The notes beneath the pieces are model-generated. The model saw only the letters and a program-made list of their open reading frames with translations. It had not been told where the DNA came from and did not search any database. A DNA stretch of 64,000 nucleotides from Candidatus Bipolaricaulota bacterium (GTDB lineage Bacteria; Bipolaricaulota; Bipolaricaulia; UBA7950; UBA9294), in the NCBI GenBank assembly GCA_030606565.1, contig JAUWGE010000002.1, forward strand, positions 36,107 to 100,106, in the 5' to 3' direction. This document shows, in pieces, positions 48,885-58,476 of this stretch. The position numbers and the translations under genes were made by a program. Numbering within the stretch: position 1 is the stretch's first letter; every line of letters begins with the position of its first letter.

Positions 48885-51712
48885 ACGTCCTTCGTGTAAA
48901 AGGCGCCAGAGAGCACAACCTAAAAAACATCGACCTGGAAATCCCACGTGATCAACTGGTCGTCATCACCGGGATCTCCGGATCGGGAAAGAGCTCACTC
49001 GCCTTTGACACGATCTATGCCGAGGGGCAACGCCGCTACGTGGAGTCGCTCTCCGCCTATGCCCGACAGTTCCTCGGCCAGATGGAAAAACCGGATGTTG
49101 ACTTTATCGAAGGGCTTTCACCGGCGATCTCCATCGATCAGAAGACGCGTAGCCACAACCCGCGTTCGACCGTGGGGACGGTGACTGAGATATACGACTA
49201 CCTGCGACTCCTTTATGCCCGCATCGGGCATCCTCACTGCCCCCGGTGTGGCCAGCCGATCACGCAACAGTCGGCGCAACAGATCATCGACGCGATCATG
49301 GCCTTCCCACAAGGGACCAAGGTACAGATCCTCGCTCCGGTGGTGCAGGGTCGCAAGGGGGAGTACAGAAAGACGTTTACGGAGATCCGTCAGGAGGGGT
49401 TCACCCGCGTGCGCGTCGACGGGGTCACCCGCACCCTATACGAGGAGATCGAGCTCGTCAAGCAGAAGAAGCACACGATCGACATCGTGGTCGACCGGGT
49501 GGTCGTGGAGCCGCGCAAGCGCTCCCGGATCGCCGACTCGGTGGAGACTGCCCTAAAGCGCGGGGGAGGAGTCATAAACGTCATCACTGGCAAGGGAGAA
49601 GAACACCTCTACAGCGATCACTACGCCTGTATCCATTGTGGGGTGAGCTACAATGAGCTCTCCCCGCGGATGTTCTCGTTTAACAATCCCTACGGTGCCT
49701 GCCCAGAGTGTAGCGGCCTGGGCTATCGCAAGGAGATCGATCCTGAGCTTATCGTCGATCAAACCCGTAGCCTTGAAGGCGGGGGGCTGCTCCCATGGGC
49801 GAATTCCAAGAGCCGCTGGTTCGAAGCGGAGATGAGCGCCCTGTGCGAGATGTTTGATATCGATCCCAACCTCCCTCTGGGAGATCTTCCAGCGGAGAAA
49901 CTAGATCTGATCCTTCACGGGACGCGAGGAACAAAAATCAAGTTTGACTACACCTCCACAAAAGGTCGTACACGCACCTACATTCGTGCTTTTAATGGCG
50001 TGATCCCCACCCTCGAGCGCTGGTATCGTGAGACCAGCTCACAGGAGTGGCGTCAGGAGATGGAGCAGTTCATCGCCACCCTTCCCTGCCCGGCCTGCCA
50101 CGGTGCGCGGTTGAAACCGGAGATCCTGGCGGTGACCGTAGACGGGCTTAACATCCACCAGGTGACAGCCCTCTCCATTCGCAGCACCCTCACCTTCTTT
50201 GAGAACCTCTCGCTTTCTTCTCGCGAGGAGATGATCGCTTCCCAGATCTTAAAGGAGATAAGAGCGCGGCTTGCGTTCATGGTGGCAGTCGGCATTGACT
50301 ACCTCACCCTTGACCGCGAGGCAGGGACCCTCGCCGGGGGGGAGGCGCAGCGAATCCGGCTCGCCACCCAAATCGGGAGCCAGTTGACCGGGGTCCTTTA
50401 CGTCCTCGATGAGCCATCGATCGGTCTGCACCAGCGGGACAACCGCCGACTGCTTAAAACGCTCAAGGAGTTGCGCGATCTGGGAAACACGGTGATCGTG
50501 GTGGAACACGATGAGGAGACGATGCGCGAGAGTGACTACATTATCGACCTTGGTCCCGGCGCCGGGGCGCACGGCGGCGAGGTCGTAGTGGCAGGAACTG
50601 CTGAGGAGGTCGCCGCCTGTCCGGGCTCGATCACCGGCCAGTACCTCGCGGGGACCCTTTCCATTCCCATCCCAAAGCTGCGACGTGATGGAAACGGGAA
50701 GTCCCTGCGGGTGGTCGGTGCCGCAGTGCACAATCTTAAAGAAATCGACGTAGAGATCCCACTTTCCCGCTTCGTCTGCGTGACAGGGGTCTCTGGATCG
50801 GGAAAGAGCTCCCTCATCGAGGACGTCCTCTACCGCGGCCTCGCCCATCGTCTTCACCAAGCGGCCCGCCGGCCCGGTGAGCACCAAGACATCCTCGGGA
50901 TCGAGGGGATCGACAAGGTGATCGAGATCGACCAGTCCCCGATCGGCCGCACCCCCCGCTCCAATCCGGCAACCTACACCAAGCTGTTCGACGACATCCG
51001 AGCTCTGTTCGCCCGCACTCCGGACGCCAGACTGCGTGGCTACACGGCAGGACGGTTCAGTTTCAACGTCAAAGGAGGGCGCTGCGAGGCCTGTCAGGGA
51101 CAGGGGAAAGAGAAGATCGAGATGCACTTTCTTCCCGATATTTATGTCCCGTGCGAGGTGTGCAAAGGCACCCGTTACAACCGCGAGACCCTGCAGATCC
51201 GCTACAAAGGAAAGTCGATCGCCGATGTGCTTAAGATGTCGGTGGAGGAAGCGCTCACCTTCTTTACAAACATCCCGCGCGTGCGCAGAAGGCTTCAAAC
51301 CCTCTACGATGTCGGCCTCTCCTACATCGAACTCGGTCAGCCAGCGCCGGAGCTCTCCGGGGGGGAGGCACAGCGGATAAAGCTTTCAAAGGAGCTCTCC
51401 CGTCGTTCCACCGGGAGGACCCTTTATATCCTCGACGAGCCGACGACAGGGCTTCACGCTGCCGATGTGCGAAAGCTCCTCCAGGTCCTTCACCGGCTCG
51501 TTGATGGGGGGAACACCGTGGTGGTGATCGAGCACAACCTCGACGTGGTCAAGACAGCCGACTGGATTATCGACCTTGGCCCTGAGGGGGGCGATGCCGG
51601 CGGGAGGGTGATCGCTACGGGGACCCCGGAACAGATCGCGAAGACCCCTGGCTCCTACACGGGGGAGTACCTGACCGAGATCCTAAAAGCGAAGCTCTCT
51701 TCACCCACCTGA
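48881..51712 (+). CDS. uvrA: excinuclease ABC subunit A
   Basis: 943 aa starting [65 protein letters not shown]. Two ABC modules and zinc-finger Cys clusters. Start overlaps the uvrB stop. Confidence 0.92.
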   Translation: MNVLRVKGAREHNLKNIDLEIPRDQLVVITGISGSGKSSLAFDTIYAEGQRRYVESLSAYARQFLGQMEKPDVDFIEGLSPAISIDQKTRSHNPRSTVGTVTEIYDYLRLLYARIGHPHCPRCGQPITQQSAQQIIDAIMAFPQGTKVQILAPVVQGRKGEYRKTFTEIRQEGFTRVRVDGVTRTLYEEIELVKQKKHTIDIVVDRVVVEPRKRSRIADSVETALKRGGGVINVITGKGEEHLYSDHYACIHCGVSYNELSPRMFSFNNPYGACPECSGLGYRKEIDPELIVDQTRSLEGGGLLPWANSKSRWFEAEMSALCEMFDIDPNLPLGDLPAEKLDLILHGTRGTKIKFDYTSTKGRTRTYIRAFNGVIPTLERWYRETSSQEWRQEMEQFIATLPCPACHGARLKPEILAVTVDGLNIHQVTALSIRSTLTFFENLSLSSREEMIASQILKEIRARLAFMVAVGIDYLTLDREAGTLAGGEAQRIRLATQIGSQLTGVLYVLDEPSIGLHQRDNRRLLKTLKELRDLGNTVIVVEHDEETMRESDYIIDLGPGAGAHGGEVVVAGTAEEVAACPGSITGQYLAGTLSIPIPKLRRDGNGKSLRVVGAAVHNLKEIDVEIPLSRFVCVTGVSGSGKSSLIEDVLYRGLAHRLHQAARRPGEHQDILGIEGIDKVIEIDQSPIGRTPRSNPATYTKLFDDIRALFARTPDARLRGYTAGRFSFNVKGGRCEACQGQGKEKIEMHFLPDIYVPCEVCKGTRYNRETLQIRYKGKSIADVLKMSVEEALTFFTNIPRVRRRLQTLYDVGLSYIELGQPAPELSGGEAQRIKLSKELSRRSTGRTLYILDEPTTGLHAADVRKLLQVLHRLVDGGNTVVVIEHNLDVVKTADWIIDLGPEGGDAGGRVIATGTPEQIAKTPGSYTGEYLTEILKAKLSSPT

Positions 51713-51733
51713 GCAGTGCAAGAGTTGAGTGGT

Positions 51734-52492
51734 CTATTCCTTGTGGTACACATCGGCGAAGCGGTTTTGTGCGATGATGTTGTCGTGCATTTCAACACTT
51801 ATAACATAGCTTCCGATGCGTACCCCTACGCCCTGCTCGAGGTTCCAGCCATTGTCGGTTATCGTACAGCCGGTGATGATGAGATGCTCCACGGACTGGG
51901 CGTCCATCCCGTCCATCCCGTTTGCGATGAGTTGGCAGTCCTCCACCCGCAACTCGCTAATCTTCCCCCGCGGGCCGATGATGTGAATCCCGGTCCACTC
52001 GTTTTCTTCGATGTGGCAGTTGCGGATTGTGATCCGATCGATCACCTCGCGGTTGACCTCGATTCCGTGTCCGCTGGACATGTTCTTGCGCGCGCCGGTG
52101 ACCGCAATACGATCGAGGATGACTCCGTCGGCATCGACCTCCACCGTGCCCCAGATGTCGGCCATTTCCTCAGCATCTGCATCGGTCGTTACCGTTATGC
52201 GCGGGGTGAGGATCCATACATCCACCTTGTACTGACCGGGGTCAAGCACGATTACGTCGCCGGGATGGGCCTCGATATGCGTATCGAACCAGTCCGTGTT
52301 CCGCACGCCGTTTGCCCCCTGCCACACGGCGATGTCAAGCGGCACCTGTACATCATCAACAATCTTGTAGAACGACTCAGCGATGAGCACCGTGCCCGCG
52401 AAGGGCGCGTCGGCGGGGATGTAAATCTCGGCCCCGATGACGAGAACACCGAAAACAACTGCAACAATGACCACAGCAAGAACATTTTTCAT
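51734..52492 (-). CDS. secreted right-handed parallel beta-helix repeat protein
   Basis: Signal peptide MKNVLAVVIVAVVFGVLVIGA. Repeated beta-helix rungs with Asn/Gly ladders (ITIRNCHIEENEWTGIHII; CTITDNGWNLEQGVGVRI; HDNIIAQNRF). Confidence 0.65.
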   Translation of the reverse strand: MKNVLAVVIVAVVFGVLVIGAEIYIPADAPFAGTVLIAESFYKIVDDVQVPLDIAVWQGANGVRNTDWFDTHIEAHPGDVIVLDPGQYKVDVWILTPRITVTTDADAEEMADIWGTVEVDADGVILDRIAVTGARKNMSSGHGIEVNREVIDRITIRNCHIEENEWTGIHIIGPRGKISELRVEDCQLIANGMDGMDAQSVEHLIITGCTITDNGWNLEQGVGVRIGSYVISVEMHDNIIAQNRFADVYHKE

Positions 52493-52545
52493 CTATGAAT
52501 CCTCCTTAACGATTAACATAACACGAACAACAGACAAAGGCAAGA

Positions 52546-52571
52546 CAAAAAAGGGGAGTGTCCCCCTTTTT
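52546..52571 (-). terminator. rho-independent terminator hairpin (functional on the minus strand; A/T-flanked on both sides)
   Basis: AAAAAAGGGGAGTGTCCCCCTTTTT lies immediately 3' of the stop of the 52578..54662 gene. GGGGA/TCCCC stem with T-run on the minus strand. Confidence 0.6.
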
Positions 52572-52577
52572 GTCGTT

Positions 52578-54662
52578 CTAGATCGTTAGATCAAGCTTAA
52601 TCTGAAGGATCAGTTCATCGCTATCCTTTGTTGGATCATTCCAGTCTACTACGTTCTTCCACGCCAAGGAGAAGGAGATGTCCAGACCATCGGCGATCTC
52701 TCCGTCCCACGAGAGCTCAGCGTGGCGCGTTTCCTTGACCAATGTCTCATTTGACAGGGCTGTCAACGTCCGCTTCGTCTCATCGCTCAGCTGGAGCTGA
52801 AAGGTTCCTTCTGCGACCTCCCAAGAGGTGTCCAGGCTGATTGTCGTCTCCCTCGAAGTGGGTTTAGCGGCATTATTGGGGTGAGCGGTCACCTTGTTTG
52901 TGAGTCCAGCCGAAATGCTCGCCTCAGAAAGATCGAAATCGAGCTGTAGACCGATCTCCTGTACCCATTGGTCCTTCTTGCTGGCGTGAGGGTAGGTCGT
53001 CTGTTGATGAAAGAGCGTCAGCGCAAGGTCGCCGCAGGCCATCTCATTCTCGACTGATCCCTCCCATTTTCGCAAGGAACGGTTCTTGACCGTAGCATTG
53101 GGGTAGACCAGTTCTTCTCGCTCGAGATAGCCGCTGATCGTGGATGCGGACTCATCCCTGGTGTAGCTCACCTTTTGGGTAGACGTGTCACGATTGAGCA
53201 GGCTATCCGCCGGGTAGGTCTTGTTCTCCCACTCAAGGTCGAGCGTCAGGTCTCCGTCATGGAATGGGAAGCCGCACGACAACGGGATGTCAAGCTGCCG
53301 AATTCGCTTACGCGGAAGGATCAACAGCGCCTTGTCCGCCAAGAGCTGGGCAGCGTCGGAGGTGATATCACCATCCCATTTCGCATCGTAGACCTCATCG
53401 ATGAAATCCTCCAACTGGTCGACGGCCTCTCTGCGATCCCCGGCTACAAGTTCCCCCAACGCGCCCTCTTCTCCCAACTCCTTTAGCAGGTCATCTTCCA
53501 CCGCTGCGGGCAGCCCCAATGCGCGCACCTCGTCGATGAGACTCTGAATCGCTGCAATCGCTTGTGAAACCCGGGCGGGCTCAATCTCATCGTCGATATA
53601 GTTTGGGTAGGACTCGGAGTCAAAGGAGACCGACCCCGATGCCGCCCAAGGATCGCGATCCCAAGAGAGCGCAAGGTCGAGACTGTGGCTGATCCTGTCT
53701 TTATCGTCCTTCAACCGGTCCGTGTAATCACGATGTTCCTGCTCGTAGTTGATAGAGGTCCCCCAGTCCTCATCTTCAAACCCCGCCCCAATCTCCAAGT
53801 CCGTCGTATGAACGTCCTTGCTCGGGGCACGGTAGTCATCCGACTCCCAAGTGAGCGTACCATCGAGGTCAATACCCCCAACCGTAGTCGATAGCTCTAG
53901 CTCCCAGAGGCGCTCTGTCCCCTGCTCTTGCACCTTTCGCAGCAGGTAGTCGCCCTTGTACCTGATCCTGTCTGCCTCTTCCTCCTTGATCGCCTCGCCA
54001 CGGTATTGATCAATACGGACTAGAAGCTTCTCTAAATCGCGAATATAGTCTGCCTTGTTGCCATCGGTGAGGTGAAGGACGGTCTCCCGCAAGAGGCTCG
54101 CGATCTGCGGCTTCACCTCATCCCTTGTGTATTTTCTGACCTTGTTTACGATGCACTTCAAGTAGTCGTAGCGTTGCTCGATCGGCTTTGCAACGACAAG
54201 GAGCCTTCCCTTATCCGTACGAGAGATTTCTAGGCAATCGTTCACACGATCGATAAACTGCTTGTCAAGTGCCTTCTCGATGTCCTTCAGCTTATGATAT
54301 AGAGTATCGATTGAGATCCCATTGCCAGCGTTCCTGATCTCAGCAAGAGCAGCCTCAGCCTGCCCGAGCGCCTGTTCCAATGTGTCTTTAAGCGTGCCTG
54401 GGGGCAGGGTGTCTGTCTCGCTGCGAAGGTCATTTAGCGTTCTAAGACTCACTCCACTTAAAACCCCTTCCACGGTGTAGTCCACGTCCATCGATATATC
54501 CGCAAGCGCAGAGGAAAGAGTAAACTGCGATTCTAAGTTAAGCTTTTGCTCGGCAAGGCCTACGATGTCCTGGGTGAAGGAGAGCGCATCCTCCTGTTTA
54601 AAATCGATCGTTTGCGAGAGGGCCGGCGGGGTTAGAAAAAGGAAAAACAAAGCCCAAATCAC
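52578..54662 (-). CDS. large hypothetical secreted protein (acidic, beta-rich C-terminal half)
   Basis: 694 aa with signal peptide MIWALFFLFLTPPALSQ. No recognisable catalytic motif. The C-terminal third has an alternating hydrophobic pattern suggestive of beta structure. Confidence 0.55.
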   Translation of the reverse strand: MIWALFFLFLTPPALSQTIDFKQEDALSFTQDIVGLAEQKLNLESQFTLSSALADISMDVDYTVEGVLSGVSLRTLNDLRSETDTLPPGTLKDTLEQALGQAEAALAEIRNAGNGISIDTLYHKLKDIEKALDKQFIDRVNDCLEISRTDKGRLLVVAKPIEQRYDYLKCIVNKVRKYTRDEVKPQIASLLRETVLHLTDGNKADYIRDLEKLLVRIDQYRGEAIKEEEADRIRYKGDYLLRKVQEQGTERLWELELSTTVGGIDLDGTLTWESDDYRAPSKDVHTTDLEIGAGFEDEDWGTSINYEQEHRDYTDRLKDDKDRISHSLDLALSWDRDPWAASGSVSFDSESYPNYIDDEIEPARVSQAIAAIQSLIDEVRALGLPAAVEDDLLKELGEEGALGELVAGDRREAVDQLEDFIDEVYDAKWDGDITSDAAQLLADKALLILPRKRIRQLDIPLSCGFPFHDGDLTLDLEWENKTYPADSLLNRDTSTQKVSYTRDESASTISGYLEREELVYPNATVKNRSLRKWEGSVENEMACGDLALTLFHQQTTYPHASKKDQWVQEIGLQLDFDLSEASISAGLTNKVTAHPNNAAKPTSRETTISLDTSWEVAEGTFQLQLSDETKRTLTALSNETLVKETRHAELSWDGEIADGLDISFSLAWKNVVDWNDPTKDSDELILQIKLDLTI

Positions 54663-54805
54663 AAAAAAGCTTCCAAAGAAGCCATCCCGCTGCGAGCCTA
54701 TCTTTCACCTCCATAGAATGCCGTAGGGTCCGTGACCCCATGACCCCAAAGTATGCCCGTCACCTGTTGTAAAATTCAATGGTAGACCCCATACTACGAC
54801 GCGCC

Positions 54806-54922
54806 TTAGAGACCTGGTCTTTGGCTGATTGCTGAGAGCTGCCCGCTGATAGCTTTTTACCGCAGAAGCGCTGAAGTCACAGAGTGAAGTGACATGGTAG
54901 AGGCGCGAATTGCGGTATCCCG
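54806..54922 (+). repeat. intergenic repeat family, copy A (core ~117 bp)
   Basis: TTAGAGACCTGGTCTTTGGCTGATTGCTGAGAGCTGCCCGCTGATAGCTTTTTACCGCAGAAGCGCTGAAGTCACAGAGTG...GGCGCGAATTGCGGTATCCCG aligns with copy B (55950..) and copy C (57069..). Confidence 0.8.
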
Positions 54923-55040
54923 CCCCCCTCTCCCTCTCTCCCCATCGCCCCCTCTCCCTCTCCGCACTCTCCGCCCTCCGCATTCCGAACTCATCCTTCC
55001 CTCTTCCTCTTCTCTTTTCCCCACCGGTCCAGTACAGTAA
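54923..55040 (+). repeat. polypyrimidine (CT-rich) tract following repeat copy A, ending in the shared tail TTTTCCCCACCGGTCCAGTACAGTAA
   Basis: About 100 nt that are almost entirely C/T on the + strand (CCCCCTCTCCCTCTCTCCCC...). A similar tract and tail follow copy C at 57181..57292. Confidence 0.8.
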
Positions 55041-55149
55041 TAGAGGGGTTATCTTTGTGCTGGTGCCAAGCGGTTGTCTATCTCTTGTCTTTGAGTTATC
55101 ATAAAATTGATTGGGCTGATTAGAAGGGCAGGAGGGGAGGGAGTACGCT

Positions 55150-55425
55150 ATGGCGGTGAGTACCAAGATCCCGAATGATCTGGATAAGCAAACCTTTGCC
55201 AAGCGGGCTAAAGCCCTTTACAACCACAGATACCGCAAGAGACTTGAAGCGGCCGAGTGGGGTAAAGTAATTGCCATTGAAGTGGAAAGCGGGGAGGTTT
55301 TCATCGGCCGTACAGCTTTGGAAGCTGGATTAAAGGCTCGAGAGAAATATCCTGATAAGTTCTTCTACTTTATCCGGATCGGATATCCGGCAGTTCACTG
55401 TCTAAAGAGCCCTGGCAAGCCGTGA
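55150..55425 (+). CDS. small partner protein of retropepsin-like protease module (DUF5678-like)
   Basis: 91 aa with a ...GKVIAIEVESGEVFIGRTALEAGLKAREKYPDKFFYFIRIG pattern. The stop overlaps the start of the downstream protease gene. Confidence 0.55.
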   Translation: MAVSTKIPNDLDKQTFAKRAKALYNHRYRKRLEAAEWGKVIAIEVESGEVFIGRTALEAGLKAREKYPDKFFYFIRIGYPAVHCLKSPGKP

Positions 55426-55805
55426 GTTATCTCGGAAAGGTGTTCTTACAAGGGTTCATCAACGATAATCTGGAGCCAATAGTGGAGAACGTTATCTTAG
55501 TCGGTAAGGAAGAGCGGATTTCACTAGAAGCCATTCTGGACACCGGTTTTAATGGGATGTGCTGCTTGCCAAGGAAGTTCCAACCCCTGTGCGAGCTCAA
55601 TGCTCTCGGCATAGAAACTTTCGAGTTAGCCGATGGAACCTTGGTTGAAGAAGAACTATACGTGGGACAAATTCTCGTGGGTGACGTTTGTTATTCCGTT
55701 GAGCTGACCCTGACTGATGCCGATCGAGCCCTGTTAGGTATGCAATTGTTGCTAGATAAAGTTGCTATCTTCGACCTTAAGACGATGCGAATCGAGGTGA
55801 AATAA
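55422..55805 (+). CDS. retropepsin-like (clan AA) aspartic protease
   Basis: 127 aa with the catalytic motif ILDTGFNGMC (D-T-G), which is a retroviral-type aspartyl protease fold signature. Translationally coupled to the upstream small gene. Confidence 0.65.
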   Translation: MSYLGKVFLQGFINDNLEPIVENVILVGKEERISLEAILDTGFNGMCCLPRKFQPLCELNALGIETFELADGTLVEEELYVGQILVGDVCYSVELTLTDADRALLGMQLLLDKVAIFDLKTMRIEVK

Positions 55806-55949
55806 GGAGCGGGTTCAGTTGGAGCCCTGGTATGGTATGCGCACAACCGGTCGCTGTGGCTCGATCTGATCATTCGGTAAACCGCGGGTCTACGCAACGC
55901 TAGTCGAGAATCGATGCACTACTACCTTCCAGCAATCAGTTTGCGCATC

Positions 55950-56080
55950 TTAGAGGCCTGGTCTTTGGTTGGCAACTGGCAGCTGATAGCTTTTTACCGC
56001 AGAGGCCTTGAAGTCACAGAGTGGGGATGACACGTTAAGGGCGCGAATCGCGGTATCCCGAAATCATTTTGTGTCAAGTG
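55950..56080 (+). repeat. intergenic repeat family, copy B
   Basis: TTAGAGGCCTGGTCTTTGGTTGGCAACTGGCAGCTGATAGCTTTTTACCGCAGAGGCCTTGAAGTCACAGAGTGGGGATGACACGTTAAGGGCGCGAATCGCGGTATCCCGAAATCATTTTGTGTCAAGTG. Confidence 0.8.
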
Positions 56081-56148
56081 CCCCCGGGTCCTATGGACAT
56101 CAGACTTCGGACTAAGTAGACTATCAGCTATAGGAAGGGGTGTTTTTA

Positions 56149-56445
56149 ATGGTGCTAACAGTACGGACGCAAGAGCTGCTGGAAAAGGTATTGGCAGTCC
56201 TGCCGACTGCTGAGGATGAGGTTATCACTAAGGGCATCACCAGTAGCGTGGCCGATCGGATTCTGGAGTTGAAGAGATCCGCCCACCGCTTGAAGGAGAC
56301 CTATGGCAACGTTGAGAAGCTGGAGAAACGGATCGAGGAGGAAAGTGTCTCCGCGGACGATCATACACTCTACAATGACCTCCTGGAGTGGCGGGCAACT
56401 CTGGACGAGTTGGATAAACTGTTGCAGATTCTAGAATCCCTCTGA
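56149..56445 (+). CDS. hypothetical small helical protein (first gene of a coupled small-gene string)
   Basis: Start MVLTVRTQELLEKV... with an RBS-like GGAAGGGG upstream. The stop overlaps the next start (TGATG). Confidence 0.45.
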   Translation: MVLTVRTQELLEKVLAVLPTAEDEVITKGITSSVADRILELKRSAHRLKETYGNVEKLEKRIEEESVSADDHTLYNDLLEWRATLDELDKLLQILESL

Positions 56446-56843
56446 TGCCAGTCTCTCCGTCTTGGCACCAGAGGGTTCGAACCAGCCTAGAAGCGTCGGG
56501 TATCTTTGCTGGTGTGAAGATCATAGGAGCTAAGGTGCGCGGGGTCATCAGCAAGGAGCTGTATGTGGACATCTATTATGACCCAACCACCAACAGTTAC
56601 TCCTATGCCTTGATCGATCAAACCCTTCCCTATCCAGGGGACAAGCGAGTCTTTCTTTGGGTGGGATGACTATCCACACAAGAACGTGCGGAAATCAAAC
56701 AGCTCGAAAGCTTCCCGCACCATTTCCAGAAACGAAACAAAGAAGGATGGATCTTTGAGGAGTCTCCGATGCGCGGGAACGTGAAGGGCGAGATGGACTT
56801 GGTAATCAAAATGGTGAAAGAATATCTGAAAACATCAACATGA
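56445..56843 (+). pseudogene. small ORF interrupted by an in-frame TGA at 56667-56669; the frame stays coding-like to 56843
   Basis: Reads MPVSPSWHQRVRTSLEASGIFAGVKIIGAKVRGVISKELYVDIYYDPTTNSYSYALIDQTLPYPGDKRVFLWVG, then TGA, then continues in the same frame as LSTQERAEIKQLESFPHHFQKRNKEGWIFEESPMRGNVKGEMDLVIKMVKEYLKTST. Confidence 0.4.
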
Positions 56844-57022
56844 GAATTGAGCAGTTTGAGGATCTTTTAAGACCCTACGTTGAGGGTTTCAGATTTATGG
56901 AAGATGGTTCAAGTCAAGAAATTGGTTTAAGGATATTGAAATTTGGAGAGCGGCGAGGAGCTGTCCCAAGAAGGCAGCCTTCAGCAATCATGATTCAGCG
57001 GTCAGGAAGTGACAATCAGTGA
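56840..57022 (+). CDS. hypothetical small protein (third coupled ORF)
   Basis: 60 aa, with ATGA start/stop overlap with the preceding reading frame. Weak support. Confidence 0.3.
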   Translation: MRIEQFEDLLRPYVEGFRFMEDGSSQEIGLRILKFGERRGAVPRRQPSAIMIQRSGSDNQ

Positions 57023-57068
57023 TCAGTTTACAACAACCCATTACTCACCGGCTTTCACGCTTTTGCTT

Positions 57069-57171
57069 CTGGCTGAATGCTAATTTACCGGTAGAGGCGC
57101 TGAGGTTGCAGCGAGAGATGACACGTCAAGGGCGCGGATCGCGGTATCCCAAAATCGTTTTGTGTCAAGTG
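57069..57171 (+). repeat. intergenic repeat family, copy C
   Basis: CTGGCTGAATGCTAATTTACCGGTAGAGGCGCTGAGGTTGCAGCGAGAGATGACACGTCAAGGGCGCGGATCGCGGTATCCCAAAATCGTTTTGTGTCAAGTG. Its 3' half is nearly identical to copy B. Confidence 0.8.
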
Positions 57172-57180
57172 TAGGCCTGA

Positions 57181-57292
57181 CCCTCTGCTGCCCCTGCCTC
57201 GACTTGCTTTTCCTTCTCCCCCTCTCCGTGTCGCCCCCTCTCCCTATCTCTCCTTTTCCCCTTCGGCTTTTCCCCACCGATCCGGTATACTA
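57181..57292 (+). repeat. polypyrimidine (CT-rich) tract following repeat copy C, ending in the shared tail TTTTCCCCACCGATCCGGTATACTAA
   Basis: CCCTCTGCTGCCCCTGCCTCGACTTGCTTTTCCTTCTCCCCCTCTCCGTGTCGCCCCCTCTCCCTATCTCTCCTTTTCCCC... It sits directly upstream of the RBS of the 57310 gene. Confidence 0.8.
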
Positions 57293-57309
57293 AGAAAATC
57301 CAACCGGAG

Positions 57310-58117
57310 GTGAGTCTCATGATGAGACGGCCTTACTTCATCCTTCTTTCCTTGCTGCTCATCGCGGTCCCTATTCTTGGCGGTGACTTGCCCCAGGTCG
57401 TTCAGCCTAACACAACAGGCTATTCGGCCACAGAGGTTGCCGCTCTTGTCCGAGAGATCTCCGCCCTCGAAGAAACGCTCAACGATCATTCCTTCGGCTC
57501 ACGGCGCAGCTTTGCCCCCAACGGGTGGCAGGGCCGCAACTTTGCCGAGTACACCGGGGGAGTCCTCGCCGAGCGGGGATACCCAATTACGCTCGCCAGC
57601 CAACCTGGCTGGCCCGACGGCGTCCATACGTGGGCTCTCAACTGGAGGACAAACGGCCTGGGTCCCGGTGGAAGCCTCCCCGGAACCTGGGAACAGCCAG
57701 CGGAGCCTCGGCTATGTCCCGAGCTATTCAGACAGTACCGGAGACCTGTGGTTCGAGGCGACGTATCTTGACTTCAACGAGGCAGTGAGCCTGCCGGCAA
57801 ATCTCCCACCCGTTGCGAAGATTCGCCCACCCTCCCCTCCTGTTGTGATCAATAAGGGCGTCAGAATCTTCACGGTTGGTTCTCACGACCCAGATGGGGA
57901 AATCGTGCTTTATCGATGGGACTTTGGCGATGGAAATATCAAGACAGCCACAGCATCCAGCATCCGCCACAAGTTCAGAAGACCCGGCACCCATACCGTC
58001 TCCTTGACCGTTGTTGACAACCGCGGCAAGAGCGCTGCCACCAGCGTCACCATCTCGGTTATGGAGCCTGATGGGAGTGTAGCCCCATCCGACGGGGGGT
58101 GTGGGTGTGGGACTTGA
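57310..58117 (+). pseudogene. secreted PKD-domain protein, apparent frameshift between ORFs 57310..57771 and 57377..58117
   Basis: Signal peptide MMRRPYFILLSLLLIAVPILG in frame 1. The PKD domain (YRWDFGDGNIKTATASSIRHKFRRPGTHTVSLTVVDNRGKSAATSVTISV) is in frame 2. The plausible junction is near 57690-57710. Confidence 0.55.
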
Positions 58118-58476
58118 AGATGAACTGAACCGCTTCATTGTGTTCGTTTCCGAGAAGGAGGCCCAACTACTTGAGCAAGTTCCAACGGTACGTCAAACGA
58201 TCGCTTGCTCTCCTCCTATGGCTTACTGGCACGGATAGTCTGACTATCCCGTTTTGAGCTAGCCGTTGAAAACAGGCTCTTCTTACGGTAGTTACTAGAC
58301 TGTAGTTTTCGATCCCAGGGGCCTGTCATCATAAAATCCCGAGATGAGGAAGCCTTTTATCTTCCAGGCTGTATAAAACAAAACCCTCTTTTCTCCTTCC
58401 TTTATCCACAGAACCTAAGAACCAAAAAAGGGCCCTGGCGAACCAGGGCCCTGTATTCACTTGAGTTAAACCTGGG

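Noticed and set aside
54806-57292. Classical integron (intI/attI/attC) interpretation of the repeat-cassette region
   Set aside because: There is no integrase gene in the window. The repeats do not show the inverted R''/L''...L'/R' core organisation of attC sites. It is kept only as one hypothesis in the findings, not as a feature call.
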